This document shows, piece after piece, positions 58,237 through 64,000 of a DNA stretch of 64,000 bases. The position numbers and the translations under genes were made by a program. The notes under the pieces are model-generated. The model ran no database searches. It was not told where the DNA came from and worked only from the letters and a program-made list of their open reading frames with translations. Source of the DNA: a virus; IMG/VR virus record IMGVR_UViG_3300021255_002737. One strand, given 5' to 3'. The number at the start of each line of letters is the position of its first letter. Positions within the stretch are counted from its first letter, which is position 1.

Positions 58237-58521
58237 TTAGAATTTGAATAGCCCATCTTTGGATACATAGTCAGCCATGGAATATACAATAGCACCAGTC
58301 ATGAACCCTACCGTGTATATTGCCGTGTACATGTCCATGAGATCATCCACTTGCTTCTTTGAATATCCCTTGTCTTTAAGGTGTTCCTTGATTGTCTCAC
58401 GGAAATTTGACACCATTGGAAAACGATCTTCGTACTTCATCGAGATGGACGAAATGGAGTCAATGTCCCTCTTGTCCAGCCCCGTGAAACAAGCACTAAT
58501 CATCTTCTTGTACTTATTCAT
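58237..58521 (-). CDS. hypothetical membrane-associated protein
   Basis: Start moved to the ATG at 58521 (RBS AAGGAGAAG). Confidence 0.45.
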   Translation of the reverse strand: MNKYKKMISACFTGLDKRDIDSISSISMKYEDRFPMVSNFRETIKEHLKDKGYSKKQVDDLMDMYTAIYTVGFMTGAIVYSMADYVSKDGLFKF

Positions 58522-58684
58522 GTTTCTTCTCCTTCTTATGCTTTGCGTTTTCCTCGGCAACTCTCTTAGCAACAGCCTTAAGATTTTCCTTGGCATGGTG
58601 CGGGGCAATGTCCCTGAATCTACCATTCATATTTCTACGGCGGTTCATGATGATCTGAAATCTCTTGAGTTTGTTATCGGTCAT
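58514..58684 (-). CDS. small basic protein (56 aa)
   Basis: Below the ORF cutoff. MTDNKLKRFQIIMNRRRN...; its stop overlaps the next start. Confidence 0.35.
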   Translation of the reverse strand: MTDNKLKRFQIIMNRRRNMNGRFRDIAPHHAKENLKAVAKRVAEENAKHKKEKKHE

Positions 58685-58688
58685 ATCA

Positions 58689-59003
58689 TTACATCTCCTT
58701 GAGTAATTTAAAGAAATCTACTTCATTCGTCTTGGTTACTTTGGCTACCTTGGTGTTCGTGTTCCAGTCACGCGCTGCCCAGAACAGCTGTGAGACGTTC
58801 ATCTTTTTATCTGGGTTCGCCACTAGGAACTCATGAAGAAGATTCAAGACTTCCATTGGCTGCTTCTTGAAGAAGTTATAGAGTCGAAAGAAATTCTTCG
58901 TTGGCTTTCCATTGGCAAATCCATTGATTCTCTGTGACTTCATGTATTCCATAGTCAGCCTATGCGGTTTATTGCAATCAGCCCATGTCTTCATTGAGTC
59001 CAC
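58689..59003 (-). CDS. hypothetical protein
   Basis: 104 aa. Confidence 0.5.
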   Translation of the reverse strand: MDSMKTWADCNKPHRLTMEYMKSQRINGFANGKPTKNFFRLYNFFKKQPMEVLNLLHEFLVANPDKKMNVSQLFWAARDWNTNTKVAKVTKTNEVDFFKLLKEM

Positions 59004-59706
59004 GCTCCTTCAAGAGAATCTTACGGATATAGTCGATACCCTTCTGCTTGACATAGGTGCATTTGTACACCACATCGTTATCCCCTGCCTTACAATGGTT
59101 TTCGATGAGTCTCAGGTACCCTGCATCGACATATTTCTGATATGGGTGATTGTCATTATCGAGAATACCTTTGTCACGAAGAAATGCAAAGAGCTTGTTG
59201 CGTCCAATGCCCATGTCCAATGTCTTAGCAACGTCCGCCATAGAGAACAAGGACTCTGTGTTGGCTACCGTGTCATAGAACTCTGCCTTGGGCAACATTA
59301 CTTTGTTTTCAGCGCGTAACTTCTGACGTTCTTTTTCTTCCTCAATCCATTTCTTGGCACGCTCAACAGGATCAGAGATCATATAGCTATCATATGTAGC
59401 TTCCTTGAGTTTCCTCTCCATTCCATTGAACGCTTCAATGTATTTGAGTTTCCATTCCAGTGCTTTTGCTCCAGTGAATCCCATAACCAACAATGAAAAA
59501 CCATCGCGGTTCATGAGATACATGGGATACTGCTTTCCACGATTCTCAAAAGTTGTTTTCTGGAAAAGAAATTTGGTGGCTGGATTTTCAGCCGCGAGAT
59601 TTTCAATCGTCTGCAACACATTCTTGTGCTGCTTCCCGAAATGCTCTGCTACGCTACGGCTATCCGTGACAATCTGGTTGTTCTCGACTTTTACCAATGC
59701 TTCCAT
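58978..59706 (-). CDS. Rha-family regulator with KilAC/ANT C-terminal domain
   Basis: VTDSRSVAEHFGKQHKNVLQTIENL; C-terminus ADVAKTLDMGIGRNKLFAFLRDKGIL. Confidence 0.75.
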   Translation of the reverse strand: MEALVKVENNQIVTDSRSVAEHFGKQHKNVLQTIENLAAENPATKFLFQKTTFENRGKQYPMYLMNRDGFSLLVMGFTGAKALEWKLKYIEAFNGMERKLKEATYDSYMISDPVERAKKWIEEEKERQKLRAENKVMLPKAEFYDTVANTESLFSMADVAKTLDMGIGRNKLFAFLRDKGILDNDNHPYQKYVDAGYLRLIENHCKAGDNDVVYKCTYVKQKGIDYIRKILLKERGLNEDMG

Positions 59707-59726
59707 TTATGTAACCTCCTTATTTG

Positions 59727-60200
59727 TTACCAGTAAATAACCTTGTTTGTATTGGCATATTTAGCTGCACACACCATGTATCTATTCTTGAACGCCCTTA
59801 CGAATGCTGTTTTAGAGCCATTCACACTCTGGCACAGGGATACTACATCTTCACTCGACATTACTAAATTAAGTGGATATTCTGGCGAGAACGGTATGGT
59901 CACAAGATAGTCATTGTGATTATTGGTCATTCTTTCAATACCACATCCATCAATCGAACGAATAAAATCCGAACAACTCTCGATTGTCATATCTATGTGA
60001 TAAGGCAAGCATAATACGTCGATTGGGATGTCGAAGATTTTAGACATTTTAATAATGTTGCCAAGTCTAGGCTCTCGTTTTCCTTGTTCATAACACGAAT
60101 AGGCCTGTAAAGTAATTCCAAGTTTCTCAGCGACTTCTTTACGCTTCATCCCAGAACGCTCTCTAATTTCTCTGAGTCTGTTTGCGAATACCATATCCAT
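59727..60200 (-). CDS. XRE-family HTH regulator with C-terminal domain
   Basis: FANRLREIRERSGMKRKEVAEKLGITLQAYSCYEQGKREP. Start at 60200 (GGGGGG RBS; TAATG overlap). Confidence 0.65.
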   Translation of the reverse strand: MDMVFANRLREIRERSGMKRKEVAEKLGITLQAYSCYEQGKREPRLGNIIKMSKIFDIPIDVLCLPYHIDMTIESCSDFIRSIDGCGIERMTNNHNDYLVTIPFSPEYPLNLVMSSEDVVSLCQSVNGSKTAFVRAFKNRYMVCAAKYANTNKVIYW

Positions 60201-60388
60201 TAATAATTCCCCCCATACATCCAATGACGCTTGATTACTTCTTCACATGGTGTATAATACTCAGGAAAATCTACGTACGCCTTATTGCAGAGGACATTCA
60301 TCTTGCACTTTGAACAATCCGCTGCCTTGCTATATTCCTTTGCCGCAATATCCAATGCATCCATTGATTTCTTCAAGAAATCATCCAT
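60200..60388 (-). CDS. small Cys-containing protein
   Basis: 62 aa. Confidence 0.45.
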   Translation of the reverse strand: MDDFLKKSMDALDIAAKEYSKAADCSKCKMNVLCNKAYVDFPEYYTPCEEVIKRHWMYGGNY

Positions 60389-60505
60389 ACCTCTATCTCC
60401 TTATCTATCCTTGGGATCAATGAAAAGTGCCGAAAACAGTATTCCTAAGAAACTCCCTAAGAGGGACGCAAGGATAATCAATGTCATTCCGTTTCCCTCC
60501 TATAC

Positions 60506-60694
60506 TTATTCATATTCATGTTCATGGCAGGAACACTTTTTCTCGTCATCCTCAATGATTTTGGAAATGGCTTCTAAGTGATCGCCAATAAAAACCAGTG
60601 CTTCGGGATTCTCAAATGGCGACTCAGCTATTGCATGGACAATTTGTGACATACCCTTTAGTTCTAAAGCTAACTGTTCGTAATTCACTGTCAT
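60506..60694 (-). CDS. small protein
   Basis: 62 aa. Confidence 0.45.
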   Translation of the reverse strand: MTVNYEQLALELKGMSQIVHAIAESPFENPEALVFIGDHLEAISKIIEDDEKKCSCHEHEYE

Positions 60695-61242
60695 TTCTTG
60701 AATCCCTCTACTTTCATCATCTCTTTGACAAACTCATAACCAACCCGTGTAAAGCGATGGTCAGCGATGAAGATTCCCTTGTTAATTAAACGGAATTTCT
60801 CATCCATGAAATAATGATTCATAAGGAAATCCGTCAACACATTGGTATCAACGTCGAGCCTTTTCTGGATGTCTTTGTATGTATAGACAGGGGTCATCCA
60901 GTATACATAATCTTCCTTGGCTTCCTCCATTTTCATATCACGCATTGCATCTGGAAGAACCTGTGTGTTGAACCAGTTACGGACAAGCGGTGTCCATTCT
61001 GCTTTACAGGTATTAATGAGTTCCAGTGCTCCATCAGCTGAGATACACATGGTTTTCTGTAACACATTGCGACTATCTGGAATATAGTAGGTATCCTTGT
61101 TACGATTACTGACATGTCGTTGAATTGCACCGCGTTCCTTTTTGTACCCCAGGATTCTTGCAAGGTCTTTTCCTACAACATATACCTTGTCATACAGTGC
61201 GATTGTTCGTAAAGATAATGAACCGTAATTATAAATCTTCAT
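60691..61242 (-). CDS. Bro-N family protein
   Basis: VVGKDLARILGYKKERGAIQRHV. Start at 61242 (RBS AAAGGAGAA). Confidence 0.65.
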   Translation of the reverse strand: MKIYNYGSLSLRTIALYDKVYVVGKDLARILGYKKERGAIQRHVSNRNKDTYYIPDSRNVLQKTMCISADGALELINTCKAEWTPLVRNWFNTQVLPDAMRDMKMEEAKEDYVYWMTPVYTYKDIQKRLDVDTNVLTDFLMNHYFMDEKFRLINKGIFIADHRFTRVGYEFVKEMMKVEGFKK

Positions 61243-61306
61243 GTTTTCTCCTTTATGGTAAAACAAAAGGGGAACATGTTTTGTTCCATGCTCCCCCACT
61301 GTTCAA

Positions 61307-61912
61307 TCAGATAGGAATATCTTCTTCAGACAGGAAAGAGTCATCTGCACTGATACCAAATTCACTGAAGTCATCATCGCCGCCACCGAACTTCACCCAT
61401 TTATCAACCACGATCTTACTGAGATACAGGTTGATACCGTTGGATGACTTGTTCATCCAGTACGCACTCGGTGTGAATTTGATGCGAACCACTGAACCAT
61501 TGCCAATGGACTCATCTTTATTCAACTTGCGTTTCTCCTCGTTGGAGAATACCGGGATGATTTTCTGAACTTCCTCGCCAGTCTCACGGTCACGCATGAA
61601 CGCCTTGGTCTGGAAGTGAAAAACCAGATTGCCAGTTTCGTTGTTATCCTTGTCTGTCTCTGGATGATAACTAAGGCGATCCGTATCATTACGCCAAACC
61701 TTACCGGAATACTCTGGGCTGTTCTTGGCTTCATCGAGTGCATGGTTGATGACATCGAGCATCTTCTGCTCGCCGTCCTTGTCAAAGATTACGTCAATGC
61801 TGTATTTCTTTTTGTCCTCATACTCATCAATACGAGAGTTGATTTTCGCCCACATTGCTTTCCCCTTGGGCGATACTCCAGCGTTGAACGACTTGCTGAT
61901 AATGTTTGCCAT
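61307..61912 (-). CDS. gp2.5-like single-stranded DNA-binding protein
   Basis: First early gene. Acidic C-terminal tail GGGDDDFSEF...SEEDIPI is typical of SSB tails. Confidence 0.5.
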   Translation of the reverse strand: MANIISKSFNAGVSPKGKAMWAKINSRIDEYEDKKKYSIDVIFDKDGEQKMLDVINHALDEAKNSPEYSGKVWRNDTDRLSYHPETDKDNNETGNLVFHFQTKAFMRDRETGEEVQKIIPVFSNEEKRKLNKDESIGNGSVVRIKFTPSAYWMNKSSNGINLYLSKIVVDKWVKFGGGDDDFSEFGISADDSFLSEEDIPI

Positions 61913-62024
61913 ATGGCAGACCTCCTTGAAAATAAGTAACTATTTCTATGACAAATATGGTTATATATGGTACAATCAACGTATAAACCATTTAGTGATT
62001 ATTGTTGACAACCATATTTGCCTT

Positions 62025-62053
62025 TCGACAAGTCTTATTATACGACGTATAAC
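62025..62053 (+). promoter_or_regulatory. candidate repressor promoter
   Basis: TCGACA-17 bp-TATAAC, face to face with the early promoter. Confidence 0.4.
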
Positions 62054-62065
62054 TATCGTTGTCAA
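62037..62065 (-). promoter_or_regulatory. consensus sigma-70 early promoter
   Basis: Minus strand reads TTGACA-acgatagttatacgtcg-TATAAT with a 17-bp spacer. It overlaps the divergent repressor promoter. Confidence 0.7.
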
Positions 62066-62397
62066 CAGGGTTAGGAGGATTTTTTATGAATCGCATCAAA
62101 ATGTTACGAGAAGCCAAGGGGCTAGGATTGAGAGAGCTTGCTGCTGACCTTGAAAAACGAGGTACACCATTAAGTTGGATGACCATTAACAAGAGCGAGA
62201 AGTCAGACTCTAACCCTAGCTGGAAAACAATCAGAATCCTTAGTGATTACTTTGGTGTATCTGCTGACTATCTCATGGGAACTGACATTACTGTCGCTGC
62301 TCACAATGATAGCTCTACAGGATTGCCACCAGAATTACAGTTAGCCGTAGAGAAGTTTTATCGGGAACAGCAGGAGAAACATGGAAAGAATGATTGA
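62059..62397 (+). CDS. CI-like XRE-family repressor
   Basis: IKMLREAKGLGLRELAADLEKRG...ILSDYFGVSADYLMG. Confidence 0.75.
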   Translation: MSTGLGGFFMNRIKMLREAKGLGLRELAADLEKRGTPLSWMTINKSEKSDSNPSWKTIRILSDYFGVSADYLMGTDITVAAHNDSSTGLPPELQLAVEKFYREQQEKHGKND

Positions 62398-62788
62398 GTT
62401 GGCACAGTCTGAGCATATCATAGTGGAACCCGCAGACTTTCCTTATCCACTTCGCGGCATTTACATTGACGATGGAAAGATGAAGCTGATTGGCATAGCA
62501 AAGGATATTGACACATTGGCAGAACGACGTTCTGTCCTTGCCGAAGAACTTGGTCATCACTTCACATCCGTTGGAAATGCAACGATATGCCATTGTTATG
62601 CAGATCGTATCTCTATTGACAAGACAGAGCACAAAGCCATGGTCTGGGCATGTCATTACCTTGTTCCAGAGCATGACTTAGACAAGGCTGTACAAATAGG
62701 GCATGTATCTTTGTCTGACTTAGCAGAATACTTTACTGTCACGGAAAGATTCATGGCATTTTGTATTAAGCTGTACAAAGGTGATTGA
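62381..62788 (+). CDS. ImmA/IrrE-like (DUF955) protein with variant metal motif
   Basis: LAEELGHHFTS stands where HEXXH is expected. Position directly after the repressor gene. Confidence 0.5.
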   Translation: MERMIELAQSEHIIVEPADFPYPLRGIYIDDGKMKLIGIAKDIDTLAERRSVLAEELGHHFTSVGNATICHCYADRISIDKTEHKAMVWACHYLVPEHDLDKAVQIGHVSLSDLAEYFTVTERFMAFCIKLYKGD

Positions 62789-63894
62789 AAATGAGACAAC
62801 GTTCCTCTTTGGGTAGTATTCAGCAGCTCCCTGATAAACGATATAGAGTCACGGTCACTGTTGGTTATACCTATGATAAAGACGGAAAGAAGAAACAGAG
62901 ACGCCATAGCCGCATTGTGAAGTCTATGCGCGAAGCAAGGGAACTACTACGGAAATATGATAAATCCGTATCTACTTCATACACGCTTCAAGAGGTCATC
63001 CATATGTATTTCCAAGATAAGAATCTAAAGACCTCTACTAGAAAGACATTGGAAAGCGTGTTCAACACCTGTTTATCCAATATGTACGCTAGGAATATCG
63101 GTTCTATTCAAGGGAATGACATTGATCGTATGTTGGATGACATGGACGCGGCAGAGACAACAATGAGTACCAGGTGCTCTAAGATACACTCCCTGTTCTT
63201 ATATGCCAAGCGCAAAGGATTCATACAGGATGTTCCAGCATTTGGAAACAGGGGAAACGTCAGGCATACAAACACTATGAAGATATTGCCCACAATGGAA
63301 GAAGTACAGGACATTATCCGTGCTGCCATTGAGAGGGCATCCTATCCATATCTATACCACATGATGCTTCTCATTGTATCCTCTGGTATCCGTGTTGGTG
63401 AAGCGTGTGCCTTACGATGGAAAGACATTGACTTCAAGAATGACACGATTAGTATTGTCGCTACAATCACAAGAGGGCAAACGAACTTTGAATATTCCCA
63501 GAACTTAAAAACAGAGTCATCTATGCGCATCATTCCTGTTGGCCATTCTATCCTAGAGATTATCAATGAGATACCGAGGAAAAGCCAGTTTGTATTCTAC
63601 GGACGTAAATATTCCTTTGTTCCTCCATCGACAATCAATAGGAATGTCCGTAAACTATTCGATGAACTTGGCTATCCGAAACTACGGATATACGATCTTC
63701 GCCATGTCCATGCCACTCAGTTACTAGCGCATGGTGTTGATATAAAATCGGTTGCTCATCGTCTTGGTCACGCATCACCTATGACCACCCTCAATGTCTA
63801 CACGCATTATGTCGCAGATAACGACCGTAAAGCAGCGGAACTCATGGGAAAGCTAGTGCTTAAAAAGTGCTTAAACACCAGAAAAACAGAATAA
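62785..63894 (+). CDS. int: tyrosine integrase
   Basis: SSGIRVGEACALRW, LRHVHATQLL, AHRLGHASPMTTLNVYTHY. Confidence 0.9.
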   Translation: MKMRQRSSLGSIQQLPDKRYRVTVTVGYTYDKDGKKKQRRHSRIVKSMREARELLRKYDKSVSTSYTLQEVIHMYFQDKNLKTSTRKTLESVFNTCLSNMYARNIGSIQGNDIDRMLDDMDAAETTMSTRCSKIHSLFLYAKRKGFIQDVPAFGNRGNVRHTNTMKILPTMEEVQDIIRAAIERASYPYLYHMMLLIVSSGIRVGEACALRWKDIDFKNDTISIVATITRGQTNFEYSQNLKTESSMRIIPVGHSILEIINEIPRKSQFVFYGRKYSFVPPSTINRNVRKLFDELGYPKLRIYDLRHVHATQLLAHGVDIKSVAHRLGHASPMTTLNVYTHYVADNDRKAAELMGKLVLKKCLNTRKTE

Positions 63895-63910
63895 CCTCCA
63901 TAAAAACCAG

Positions 63911-63955
63911 AAAACCCCTATAGCTACAAATCTAGTAACCATAGGGGTTTTGCGT
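63911..63955 (+). terminator. intrinsic terminator after int
   Basis: AAAACCCCTAT-19 nt-ATAGGGGTTTTGCG. Confidence 0.65.
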
Positions 63956-64000
63956 TATTCTGATACAGTCATAAATGTTGCTAATTATCTAAAAGCAACA

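Noticed and set aside
1-64000. A diversity-generating retroelement or retron acting on the fibre genes, or explaining the repeats.
   Set aside because: No ORF with reverse-transcriptase motifs (YxDD) was seen. No template/variable repeat pair with adenine-specific differences was seen near 991-8351.

Overview
Nearly complete temperate siphovirus-type prophage (at least 64 kb) of a low-GC Gram-positive-like host. The window is cut inside the lysis cassette at the left. Right end (62.0-63.9 kb, + strand): CI-like repressor, ImmA-like protein and tyrosine integrase. These face a long minus-strand early/replication operon (61.9 down to 45.8 kb): gp2.5-like SSB, Bro/Rha antirepressors, primase-helicase, radical SAM gene, Cas4-like nuclease, RusA, NrdD/NrdG, RNA ligase, dUTPase, and a sigma-region-4/ArpU-like late regulator. 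A 9-kb plus-strand block (36.8-45.7 kb) carries its own HTH/operator switch, RadC, a DUF2786-like protein, a second tyrosine recombinase and a Bro protein. From 34.6 kb down to 1, all on the minus strand: PhoH, PAPS-reductase-like protein, two antirepressors, a tRNA cluster, terS, HNH, terL, portal, protease-scaffold, capsid, connectors, major tail, G/GT chaperone, tape measure, tail tip, fibres and XhlA. Main unexplained signals: (1) a 262-nt ORF-less group I intron splits the tape-measure gene, and splicing gives an in-frame 2356-aa protein. (2) About 3.3 kb is non-coding (10.26-11.03, 30.84-31.61 and 34.57-36.29 kb), built from repeated hairpin modules with compensatory changes or from dense GC-rich helices next to tRNAs. 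(3) A roughly 50-nt motif occurs three times and looks like an ECF-type late promoter. (4) A 137-nt tRNA-like gene has a CUA anticodon-type loop, and no gene in the window ends in TAG. All function calls come from motif and position reading only; no searches were run.
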